64,000 nucleotides of DNA from Azolla caroliniana. Taxonomy: Eukaryota; Plantae; Polypodiophyta. Within the stretch, counting starts at the first letter, position 1. The number at the start of each line of letters is the position of its first letter. A program made the position numbers and the translations under genes. Shown in pieces: positions 1 through 12,700 of this stretch. The stretch spans positions 744,001 through 808,000 of the forward strand of contig JBHGNT010000009.1 in the NCBI GenBank assembly GCA_043228905.1, given 5' to 3'. The notes beneath the pieces were generated by a model. It saw only the letters and a list, made by a program, of their open reading frames with translations. It ran no database searches and was not told the DNA's origin.

Positions 1-930
1 GAACTTTTCTAGAATATTTACTCCTTTGACATATTGAACAAACAAGAGAAAACCTTTTTAATGGACTCATGAGTAGTAAAGTTTTATTGTTTATGATATT
101 AAATATTCATGGTTACTTGTGATGGCAATGGGGATTGATGGGGATGTGTTAAAGACTCACGATGAAGTGGTAATTGCATTCGATTCTAGAACTTTAACAA
201 ATTTTAAACAAAATTACTTTGGTCATGATTTAGAGTTGGGGATTTATCCATGCATCAAATCATTGGAAACACCTCTTTGACGTTACAATTGAATTTCTTA
301 CCGACCATCATAGTTTGGGGTTCATTCTTACATATGTTGTATCAAATATTAGGCAAAGAAAAGAAGATTGTTAGAATTGTTTAGTAAATATGATTTTGTT
401 GTCAAATATCTTGAAGGGAATGAAGAATAACGCGGTTGATGCATGAAGTGATTCTATTTCTTAAGCTTGATTTAATTCACCTTACGAGGTTAAGAAAGAA
501 GTGAACAATGATTCCTTTGAGTAAATTTCATAATAATTACTTGTTTGCTCATATAGGTGAAACTTGAAAGTATTGAAGTTGTTCCTTAAAACTTCCTATT
601 TATTGACATGCACCAAGGATGAAATTAGAGACAATGTACATAAATGTTTGAAGTGTCAACATGTGAAATTGGAACATTGGATGAGGGTAGTATGATGACT
701 CGAGTCTAATGACCAATCATCTAGTGCGTATTGGGATCTATGTGCGAGGTTGATGGTGAATCCCAACTAGAGTGGTCATATTGATGAAAGCATGGATATT
801 GAAATGAAGATAACAATGAAAGAAGTCTAAGCAATGTAAATTTTGTGTTAGTTGTCCATGAAACTTATCTATTGTGATTTATTGCAACCAAGGTCGAGGA
901 AGGCCAACTAATTAAAGAGGAGAGTGTGTA
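1..930 (+). mobile_element. Highly decayed Ty3/Gypsy pol remnant
   Basis: Scattered eroded RT/RNase H/integrase-like words (a KG..N.V.DA.S-like stretch near 410-450, C..CQ..K near 645-670) and a purine tract (aaagaggagag, ~914-924) followed by TGT. No open frame. Confidence 0.4.
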
Positions 931-1038
931 AGTCAACTTATTTTGCACCAATCTCTAGGTGGAAATTATGCAAGCTAGTTAGGAGGAGGAGAAAGCCATA
1001 TACGTCAAAATGCTAGGGTTTGGGGTCACACCTTGATC

Positions 1039-1513
1039 TTCTTCTTCTTCTTTAAAAAAAAAAAACACTACTTCCCATTAGTTAGCAAACGAAGTACATC
1101 AAAGTTCAACCATAATCAGCAAAACTCACATTACTCCACACAAAACTAAGCATAATCCCCACCCTAATATTTACAACAAAGGTATCCCACTAACTCTTTT
1201 TACATGGTAACCACATATTTACATCTCTTGTCCACTAATGGAAACCATAGGCGGAAACAACCATCTCAGTGCTTGGTAGTTCCATTTAGGCCCTGACGAT
1301 GATTTTACCATCATAGGAGAATGACCCCATTTCAGCAAAAACTTTGACCGAACCCTTTCTACTTCATCCGAGTTCCCTTCAATCGAGTTGTATCGTCTGC
1401 CTAGCCAAGATACCAGCTCGAACCAAAAGTTTAGCAACACCTCACCACTTGGGAGTTTTCGTTGCTGAAAAACAAACATACATCATCTGGTCCAAATGTG
1501 CCAGACCAAGAAG
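1039..1513 (-). mobile_element. 5'-truncated L1-type LINE 3' fragment with 12-bp TSD
   Basis: CACACCTTGATC is repeated at 1027-1038 and 1514-1525. The minus strand reads W.IW..CMFVF..., like the ORF2 C-terminus (ORF 1219-1479), and ends in a short (AAG)n tail. Confidence 0.7.
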
Positions 1514-3129
1514 CACACCTTGATCATTGAGATATTTGGTTGGTCAATCACCACATTCAATATTGACTGAATTACTTTGAAAGATGTTATCGAGTTGGAA
1601 ATGGTCAATGAAGAAGTGGCATGCATCAAACCTTTGTTTAATTGTTGTTGTTTCACCATCAATCACATATGACTGGGACCTAAGAGAACTTGCGTTTGAT
1701 GGTCAAAAGCATGCTACCTTGGATGTGGTGTCATATCAAAGCGCTGAGATAGAGTATTCACTTTTTCTTGTTGTGTCACTGAGTGATACATAATTAAGAC
1801 ATCAAAACATGTTAGGAGTTGCACCCAACAAGCTTGTTGTTAACTGAAAACTCAAAAAGTATGGAAATGTGTGAGGTTCTTATAATCACTATAGACAAAC
1901 TTTTGAAGAAGAAAATGCCTATGAAATTGGAACAATTAGTGCAAACAAAGAGTATGATGTTAGTTTACATATTAATATTAACTTATTTCGAAGAAAATGT
2001 GCGAAAAAAGAGTAGTACAAAGCAAAGGACAGAAAAAAGAATAGTTCAAACAATTATCGCAAACAAAGAGTATGGTGTTAGATTACATGTTTAATAACAA
2101 CTTCTTTCAAAGAAAATGTGTGAGAAAAATAATAGTAGAATTTCTATTTGGGCTATTGGGAAGGAGAGCCATTGTTATGAAGCTAAGCTTACTCACATAC
2201 ATTGATTTTTTAGTCACGTATTATTATTCATTAGAGTATTGTGCATACTTAATTAATGACCCGATATTGATTGGCCAATATTCCATCACTTTAAATATTA
2301 GTTTGAATCGTTGTTAGATTAAATGATTGAGAGATCTTATTGTCATTAAAGCAAGGGCATCAAATTCTAATGTGCACCAACCTCTTTACTGATTGTTTGA
2401 TTTCATTACCTTAACTATCTAATGAAGGTCAATTAGTGAAGTAACATTGTATGAATAACCAATCATCGAAGGTATTAAACTTAAATTTACTATTTTCAAT
2501 TGATTGACGATAGTTACAGATTCATGGACTAAAGTATTTGCATTGAATCGGATATCAAGTTTGTTAAAGAGTATTAAATTTCACAACACATGAGTGTTGA
2601 GAAGATAACCTTTATTTCTCTCGGCGTTGATACAATAATAAGCACAAAAGAGGAATCGATAGGTGACTAGAAGCTCCTATTAACATAAATAAACTTCAAT
2701 GAACAAGTTTTTTCAATACGATAGTTAAGGGCGATTAGGACACGCGAAAAGATGATAATCAAGAGGCCAATTAAAAGAAGGCTCGTAAATTTGGAGGACA
2801 TGTGAAATTATGCAAAAAAGGAGTTAAAATTTAAGAAGCATAGAAACAATTTGGTGTGAAACGTCAATCAGTCAATGCAATGTGAAAAGTGACATTCAAA
2901 TATTAAACTACACTATATAGAAGTAATGGAGCACCAATGACAAGAACAAGAGAGCGTGTGTTGGATAATGATTGACAGACGACATAGGCTGGTACATATG
3001 CAAAGCACAATAGCAAGAAGAAGGAGAGAAGAGGCAATAGAAGCAGATATTATAAAGGTGTAGGTAGAGACATGATGCATTCAAAGTGGGGAACAATACA
3101 AGGTATTTATGTTCTTATGAGTGCCACAA

Positions 3130-3950
3130 AAACAAAGAGTTAGTGTAAAAGTGTTGGCTTGACATCATAAAAGAATCTTGCTATCTTCTTGAATAGATAA
3201 TTCAAGTGTATAAACGTGATGATCAATGTCACACTAAAATTAGTGCTTTGCAACTATTTGATGCTTTACTTGATGTTGCATCATAAAAAAATTGTAATTT
3301 AGTTTACAATCATGCACACACGCTCGTGAATAAATGGCTTTACAACATCAATGATAATATTTAACCCAAACACGAGAAGTGAAAAAGACATCACCTTTTA
3401 AACTTGTATAGACTATTTCTATCAAGTATAATATATCAAAATTGCACATCATGTCATTCGGATGGCAATTTGCAACTGCCACCATTCCTTGACAAAAAGA
3501 CGTAATTAATATTGCCTTAGACTATAAATAATTTCAAATGACAACCTTGAACCCTAAATAGTGATGATTTTGTATGCACACCACTACTCTCACCAAACAT
3601 CCATTGTTAAAGCACGTTTACCATATAAACATCAAGGAAATATTTTCCTTGATAGATTGTATTCATTATCCCTCATGTGATACCCACAACTACATCAACT
3701 ACATCAGTCATCTCACATGGAGCCTTATTGTATTGTCCTCTCAAATGAACCTTTGTTCCATATATCCCTCTAATTACATTATAAGGGTCATGATCCCAAT
3801 GTTTTGGTTTACCCGTCCGTCAAGCTATTTGAGCAAATAAAACTATTCTCATGTCAACCAAAAGTCCAAATGCTAATCAAGGGAATAATAGAGAGTAAGA
3901 TGCATAAATTCTATGAACATTCAAATTTAGACATAATAGGTACTTGTGAA
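3130..3950 (-). mobile_element. Decayed Ty1/Copia RT-RNase H relic
   Basis: Minus strand at 3140-3250 resembles the Copia RNase H end (..DHH.Y....IQE....Q.....TL) and there is an EGYMEQ-like word near 3750-3770. Heavily mutated. Confidence 0.35.
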
Positions 3951-4699
3951 AAAATGGTCAACCTAACAAATCATGTTTCATCATCTCAACAAAAAATCTA
4001 AATAATAATACGGAGAACACTAGAGAACAAGATGCATGGATTCTACGAATGTTTGATTCGAGACATGAAGAGTATGTATGAAGGCAATGATCAATCAAGA
4101 CATAATTGCACATGCCTTAGATAGTGTACATGGTTGGGACAACCTTGCCCTTATTGTATGTGTAAATAGAGAGAGGATTTTCATTAGATATTTAGTAATT
4201 GCAACAAGGAAATATTAAGATTTACTTAATTAGTGTTATAAATTTATAACCACACTTAAAAAAGCATGAACTAATTAGAATATATTAATAATGAGATAAT
4301 CATAATGATACTCTCTAGTGGAATCCTAGCTCCAAGGTACACTATATGGCCTAGCTATTGATTTTCACATAAAAATGCTATAATTTTTTTTTTGATCCCA
4401 ACATTTAGTAGAATCAACGATGTGTGTTTGATGCCCATTGTTTTCTACTCCTGCACTAGATATTAACATAGTTGGAGAGTATATGATGCTCATTTTAGGG
4501 AAGATGTATGTATACGATTCCCATATATGTGGGAAACGATGTATGCTGACTTTGTTGTTGGCTCTAGTTGATTTTGAGTTACTACAATCAACACATTGCT
4601 CTCATGGGATTCAGATATTATGTCCGTTTCTCCAACTTCTGTACGTGTTTCATCGTTCATATGCACATGACATGTAACCTTCTCTTAGATTTGAGAAAT

Positions 4700-5280
4700 T
4701 GTGAGCATATATTCACTTGGATACTCAAATTTCTCGAAGCAACAATAGATAACCTTTACCTCTCAACTGGTTTTCTTCCATTAACATTCAAAGGGTGATT
4801 AGGTGATTGATGGTATTGTGTTGTTTTCGAGAGTCAACTTGTTTATAAGCCCTCTTACCACTTGTTTAGCATATGCACATTTGAGTCCATTATACATCCA
4901 AATTAATTTAGCCATAAGTGAGTAACCATGATTGTTTGGTAGTTGTTTATATTGTTTACATCTCTGCCTTTATGTAAAGGTTTGATCCAATTTGTATTCC
5001 AATTGTAAGGCAAGCCCATTATACATCCAAAATAGTTTTGCCATAAGTGAGTAACCATGCTTGTTTGGTAGTTGTTTATATTGTTTACATCTCTGCCTTT
5101 ATGTAAAGGTTTGATCCAATTTGTACTCCAATTGTAAGGCAAGCCATGATTAAACACATCATTTATCTATGCATGTGTTTCCTTTCCTGTCCATTTGGGC
5201 TTTTCAACCGTTACACACTAAGGATCTCCTATCTTTTGACAGACTAATTTCTTAAGCCACATGCATATATCTTCAATAAT
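4700..5280 (-). mobile_element. LINE (RTE-like) RT N-terminal fragment with 129-bp internal tandem duplication
   Basis: NW..NWIKPLHKGRDVNNINNYQ..MV occurs twice in ORF 4903-5157 (RT domain 0/1, IxPxxKxxDxxxxxNYR-like). Duplicated unit 4887-5015 / 5016-5145. Confidence 0.65.
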
Positions 5281-6359
5281 AACGAAAGCATATGTCAAGA
5301 GAACAAGAATGTACCATTGTTTTTGCATTTGATTGCATCTACTTAACATGTGTTTTGGGCCTCACATCATATTCTTCATCGGTTTTTATTCTCTTCAAAA
5401 TGGCGAGTTCTCATTTTCTCCATTATTCCATGGAAAATCTCTTGTATCTTGGTCTAATAATATGAGATAAAGGACAGGTCACAGAGTACATTATTTAGCA
5501 CGGATCCCTCAATTTAGCAATATTATATTCGAATGTAATTGTTAAAATGAATAATGGTGGTTTTAATTAATCCAAAAGGCTTAAAGATGTTGAGATGGGA
5601 AATTTTGACATATGTTGAGGTAGTATGCATGGAATAGTGTCACACCGATGATCCTAACTAAGATCACCATTTCGAGATATCTCCAATACATTTGTTATCT
5701 AATGCAAAAGTGAAGAATGGGGGAATGGGGGTGAAATAAAAGAATGTATCAATGCCTAACTAATGGGAAAGTAGCTTCATTTTGGAAAAAAAGAATGTAT
5801 CAACGAGGATGTGCATAATGTGGAAAGTCTACGCTAATACAATTTTGTAGTCTTTTGACTTATTCGATGGTCATGCAATTATCTATTTTTTCTGGGAAAC
5901 TTCATTCATAAATTGGATCAAAGAAATGGTTAAACACAAATGGTAGTAGTAAATTATGTTGAGAATGGTTCATTACAGTAGACTACTATCAAGCTTTGAT
6001 GAAACAAGAATGTCCAGTTAGGGCGATAATGGATTGATTGAAAAGCACACATTTTTTTTGGCCCATTTCACGAGAGTTGATGAGTCAAACGGGTTAGGTG
6101 CTGGTATCCCCCACATGCAAAAATGCAAGGAGCAAGTACAAATTTTGTATGTTTTTGAAGGGTACAGGTTCGGTAAGAGATGTTTCTAGATGGATCTCAT
6201 CAAAGCCTAGAGGTTCCAGTTGTTGAGGCTCCTGGGGTCATAAGCAACACAAAAATGTGTTTATAGGAGATTGAAAGTGTCTCGCGGCACCTTGGACCCC
6301 CCCCACCCTTCTCTCTTTTTAATTTTATTGCAGGGTTTTTGCTTCCTTGTATTGATGTA

Positions 6360-6374
6360 TTCTCTCTCTCTCTC

Positions 6375-6407
<33 letters not shown>

Positions 6408-6454
6408 CACACACACACCCACACCCACACACACACACTCATTGCCTCACTGAA

Positions 6455-6524
<70 letters not shown>

Positions 6525-6553
6525 ATTGACTCACTGAAAGTCTGAACTCACTG

Positions 6554-6584
<31 letters not shown>

Positions 6585-6606
6585 ACACACACACACACAC
6601 ACACAC
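6360..6606. repeat. Compound (CT)n/(CA)n microsatellite in the promoter/5' leader of the APRR2-like gene
   Basis: Three CT-then-CA blocks, two separated by a repeated ctcattg.ctcactgaa spacer. Confidence 0.95.
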
Positions 6607-6709
6607 CCGCTCGCTCACCTCAGCCAAACACACATACTCTCTGTGTGTCCCCCTCAGGTTCTTCATCCAACTATGCCACACTTTCGGTTTCTGCGGTGAT
6701 GCAGAACAC

Positions 6710-9700
6710 ATGACTGCCTTTGCAGAGATTTTGGGGAAGTGGAAACATTTCCCCAAAGGCCTCAGCGTCCTGGTGATCGACAGAGACAAAGAATTCTTGG
6801 AAGATTTGAGCTGTAAATTGCAAAGCTATGGTTATTTTGGTGAGTACGAGGTTCTCTATTTTTGAATTTTAAAACATGTTGCGCCCCCCCTACATTTTTC
6901 GTGAATTCGAATGTTCTCTCTCGATCAAGATCTTGAAAATCTTAGCAATACTCTTTTTTTTAGCTTTTCTTTCTTCAGTTTTTCTCTTTTGTACAAAATG
7001 TTATGAAAGTTGTGATCTTTATCTCTTACTTAGGCCATCTAGTGTGGTGAGTATTGACTTTTTGTTTGAAGAAATTATTTTGCAAAGCTTTTCTTTGGGA
7101 TACACAAAATGTTAAGAAAAAAATCTGTATAGCATCTCTGGCCATCTTGTCCATTGAGTATAAATTGTTCCCTTTTCAAGATCACAATTTTAACATTCCT
7201 TTTGTTGTATATGCATTTGAAGAGAACTGCAAAGTTTTTTCTTTGTTCAGAAAATGTTAATGAAACCTGTAACATTAGTCTCTTTATAAGAAAATCTGTA
7301 ACATTAATCTATTGTATCATATTGTGTGCTGAGTGCTGAATTGTCAACTTTCACCTTTTTTTTAATTCCTTTAATTGTTTTTTTGAAGAAAACATAATAA
7401 TAATTTCTTAGATCATCTTGTGTAGTGTATTTTGCATTCCAAAAATAAGCTCATCAATGTTTGGTATCAAAGTCTCTAGACATTTTTAGCAATCTATTCT
7501 TTTATGATTCATTTAATGACCTCTCTTTTAAATCTTTCTGGTCTATATAAGATATAATGACCTCTTCTTTGAACCTTTCTACTACTGAGCCAGATATAGT
7601 GATCTCTTCTTTGAACGTGTCTAGTCTTAAGGCAGATTTACGGGCCTGTTCTTTGAATAGTTAATTCAGCTACCTAATGTTTAAATGTTTCTAGGCTTAT
7701 GTCATATATAATGGCCTCTTTTCGAGTGTTTCCAGTCGTGAGACAAATATAGTGACCTCTTCTTCGGAAGAGAAGATGCAGAGAGTTGGAACCATAATAT
7801 ATGTAAAAACATAATGGAATGAGTTGGGCTGCACAAATGACACTTTGGAAAAGGAAACAACGCATAAATCCTGAGCACTATGTGTGATGTTGCTGGCTGG
7901 ATGGAGGAAAATAGCACTTACGCGATGTAACAAACTTATGCCACAGAGTGGGAGTCGAAAGATCTCCATGTATGAATGCACGGAGATTGGAGAAAGTGCC
8001 ACAAGCAGATATGTGCTGCCTGGAGTTAAATAGCACATACAAGATGTAATAAACTTATGCTACAGAATGGGAGTTAAATATCTCCATTTGTGAATACTTG
8101 GAGAATGGAGAAAATAGCACAAGGCAGATATTTGATCCTCAAACTTCCAGCTAAGGAAGTCAAAGGCTGTTCTTGCCCAGAAAAGGACCATGAAAGTCAA
8201 GATCTATTTGGATGAAGACATGACTCCGACTCAAGTGGCACACAAGAGGGAATATGTGCTGCATATTATGGCAGTGCAAAAAGAAGGGAAATGTAGCATA
8301 TAGAGATAGAAGGGTTATTATAATGAAGAACATTGATCCACATGATGGTTAAAGACCTATCAGAATCCCCCCTAAAGTTGGTGGTATGGAATTGTGACGG
8401 GGATTTCCATCCAGATGTAGGCATGTTTGATGAAAAATTCAAGGATAGAGACATTGCTGAAACACACAAATGTGAAGGAAACCATTTACTAGGGTACAAA
8501 TGGGAGTTAAGCTGTGATTGATCGTCGTCAACCACACACTTTAGGGGACACCAGAGGCTCCGAATGTGTAGCAGTACACTTTAGGTGACATACACCTCAC
8601 ATGGGGAATCACCTTATCTGCCACTATATGTGGCATCCTTTTAGCAGGAGATTTCAATACACTCAGTACAAAGAAAACCATGTTTTCTATGGCATAAATG
8701 AACCAATGCACCTAGAAATTGGAGCCAAGGACTTGGATGCATGAAGATCTGCAAAGTCAAAGGGGAAAGAAACCATAAGAGTATAGAAAACAATTGTTTG
8801 CTTTAGGGGGCATTTATGAACTGATCATATAGCATGACTTATCATGCTAGCAAAAATTAGATGCCTTGACATGTTAGAATAACAATAAAAGAGCAAGAAG
8901 AATGGATTATCTAATTGAATCTCCTAGCTTGATACGAGATATTCAAAGTTTTGTTGTCTCAGGTAAGTTTCTTGGTGTGGCAATGGAATTTGTGCCTAGT
9001 TTGCTTTGTCCATATTTGCAAATGCTCTAGGGCTACACCATTTCAGTATCTACCTCAGAATCTGAAGTATCAGTTCACCTGAGAGACTTCTGGATCATAC
9101 AACAGTGCAATCTTTGAAGCTCTTTGGGGCCTAAATCTTCACAGCCCCACTGTAAGACATCAGTAGAGAGCTTGCACGAGTGTTGCAAACCTCAACAGTT
9201 CTAGTATTTCCACACACTCTAGCGGCCATCAATTGTTCACATAACACTGCCTTTTGCTGGGTAGTATGATGATGACTGTTAGAGTGAGGTCACCCTATGC
9301 ATCATCCGTCATAGACAGGCAAAAGGATATTGACAGATGATATGAAGGAAGCAACACAGTCATTTTGCCAAGTTAACTGATGAATTGTGTCAACTCTTCT
9401 CAGGATAAGACATCAATAGGGATATTTTGTACATGGGTTTGTTGACATAAAAATTGTTGATTTTGTCAATGCCTATGATCAGGTGATTGAAGTTCCTTAA
9501 ATTAAAACTATACATGTGATGGGCATTTCAGAGTGGCGGAATACAAATATGTGTGCATTTTCATCTCACTTTATCACTTTTATTAGAAATGCTCCATTTC
9601 CTAGGGCTGATTATTTAGAAACATGATCCTTTTCTTCGCTAGACTGAAGTAGGCAGCTTTTATTCATTTCTTTCATTGATCTTCAAGATGAGAAATCATC

Positions 9701-12700
9701 ATAAGATGAATACAGTGTTGAGTTCATAGCTCATTTTGGCCATTTAGAGACATTAGAGTATGTGTCTTTTTTACCTTGTTTCTTTGCAGAGGGTTTATCT
9801 TTTGTCTTGCACATGGCCCCAACATATCGGGCATGTGTTTGCCTCGTAGACTAATGCACCAATGTTGGATGTTTGCTATGTAGGAGATGCCACTTTTTAA
9901 AGTAAATTTCTGTTTAAAAGGAAGTCTTACATGCTGTTGACTTTATTCTCTGTTCGTGTTTTCAACCTGAGAGTCTCTTTTGAGTCCCATTTATATTTAT
10001 TTGGAATAAAAGCTTAGGCAAAGGTCTGCGCAGATTTAATGCATGATGGAAATTTGAGCTGTTTCTGTTTGATGATTGTGGTTTTCCACAGTTACAAGTT
10101 TCTCCTCAGGATGTGAAGCATGTGCAGCACTGGCAAATGATGAACAAACATTCCATGTAGCATTGGTTGAGGCAAGAAAACTTCACTTCACAAATTTGGT
10201 TGGTTGTATTTACATTCGATGTATTTTCTGAAAATGCTAGATTTTGTAAATGTACATTCAGGCCACTGAGAGTAATGATGTGGATACTTGCAAAGCATTG
10301 GAATTCTCTAGGAAAATACCAACAATCAGTAAGTTCGAATCCAATGTATATTAGCATGATTTTGGAGGAGAATACACAGATAGCTCAGAAGTACTTACAT
10401 TCTTTTATTATGACAGTGATTTCTGGGATTGAAAACATGTCAATAATGGTCAACGCAATTGCGGTAAGCTTACAATCACAGTTCTACATATTCTAGATCT
10501 CTATTTATGCAAGATATGAGATGTTTCACTTTTAGTATCTAGCTGAACTGTTTAAGGTCATTGCCAAAAAACTCAGTTAATTAATTGCTAGATTATAAAA
10601 TTTATCAAAAAGGACGTTTATGTGAATGTTTAAAGAAAGTGATTTTCTTCCGAGCAGCTTGGAGCAGTGGAATTTTTGTTGAAGCCCCTGTCTGAGGACA
10701 AACTGAAGAATATATGGCAGCATGTTGTCCGGAAGGTTTAAATCAAATTGTAATTCACTGTTCATCTTTGATAATTATAAAGTAATAGACCAAGTGATCT
10801 GAAAATTTCACAGGCTTTAGATTCAGGAGACAGTTTGCAACCTGGATACCTACAGCCAAGAAAGGATGATCCTCATCATATGAGTGATTCAGATGAAAGT
10901 GGCATTATGAGAGCTGGAAATTTGGATGAAACATGTCATGATAACGGATCCCAGTCAACACAACTTTCAGCTAGTTATGACAGGTTTCCAGCACCATCCA
11001 CTCCCCAGCTAGAACAAGGTGGGAGACTAGACGAAAGGCTCGATGAGTCACCTCGATCTCATGATTTAACTGGTAGCGTTAATGGAAGGTCCAATGCAGC
11101 ATTGTCTATATCTAGTTTGTCAAAAGAAAACTCAAAGGAGGTACCTGTGTCAGTACTCGATTCTATCAATGTGAAGAAAGAAGCGAATTATAGTGATCAG
11201 GATGAAATTACCTGTTGTGCAATACCAATGCTTGAATTTGCTTCGCACAATGAAGATGTGGATGCCACTCCGACAAGTGATACAAAGGAACAGTGTGTCT
11301 TGAAAGATGCAAAAGACTACAATGGCTTGAAAATTGACGAAAGGGCATCAGCTGAGGTGAATAAGGATGATAATGAAAATCAGTTGGTCGGGGAAAACAT
11401 AACAGTTCAGAAAGATGTTTTCAGAGTTAGTTTGAACTGCATGAATATAGATTCAACGAGTTCTTCACAATCTTTTAGATATGAAGACCTGAAGGATGGT
11501 ATCAAAAGAAAATCAAATGATTCCCAGAAGACTGGAAAACAAAAGCAATCAAATCAGGAAAAGAAGTCAAAGGTACCATTTCTATGTGATAATTTAAAAT
11601 TATTGTGTACTTTGATATATGATATTATATTTTGCCACGAAGGTGGGTAGCAAAACCACATCATCATTTTGTAAAGGCTATAGAATATCTTGGAAATGAA
11701 CAGGTTATTCCATCCAAAATACTAGAGAAAAGGTTGATGGGCTGACAAGACATAATGTAGCCAGTCATTTGCAAGTAATTTTGCTTTATTCAACATTTTC
11801 TATTTTTTTTGTATTCAGGCTATACCCCAGTGGCGAGTCGTATTTCTTATCACCCCATAGACTTGGGTTCAAACCCTATCAATGTACTATCTTAGAGGTT
11901 GATTACATGATATTATGTCTCCTCAGACAACCGTACTGAAGCTACATCCTTTTGGCCTTTCTTTTTTAATATTTGCTGTTGTCCTTTGCTTTGATCTTGA
12001 TCATACTGCTCCTCTAAATCAATATTGTGGACAGATTTCTTGATAGATACAGTAAGGCATACTCTTGTAAACTGGATTGTAGTAAAATTTTGACCCAGAT
12101 CCATGGGTTGTGTTCCCTTATTCCAAAAGGTTGTGTGTGGTAGTAAGCGTTTGGTCTAGTAGTGGCCTATCATTATGATGAATATGGCATATAAGATATT
12201 ACTTAAGATGATTAATGGTAGATCCTTGTGTACGAGCATACCCCTAGGTCATTAATTCATTACTCCAACCTCACTTATCGCTATCTTTTAGGCGGTAAAT
12301 CTCTTTCATTCCTTTTATTTGCTCGCTCACAATATGAAGAAAATACAAGGCCACTGACCAGTGTAAGAACATAAATGATGCAGCACAAAATGCAAATAGA
12401 CAGAAAAGAGTTAGAATTAGGGCAAGAAACACAAGGGAATAAAGCTCCATCTCTTCTGATGAAAAATGCCTAGAAAATTACAGCAGCATAAATTGCCAAA
12501 GAAGAAGCTCTTTCATTTGACAAATATGACCCACCCAAGTCCTTTTTGCACACCCAAGTCCCTGTTCTCTGCTTTCACTCTCGTTATTGTCATGTTGAAC
12601 ATCTGTGAATGCTAATAAATTGTTACCATCGTATTTCTCTCTCTCGACCCTGGCACCTCTCCGGATCAACACCAATTACTCATGGCTACATCTATCTTGC

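Noticed and set aside
6200-6545. VC/HT-repeat ORFs
   Set aside because: Translations of the CA/CT microsatellite.
10835-11650. Stand-alone 271-aa gene
   Set aside because: It is exon 6 (10814-11572) of the APRR2-like gene running into the intron.
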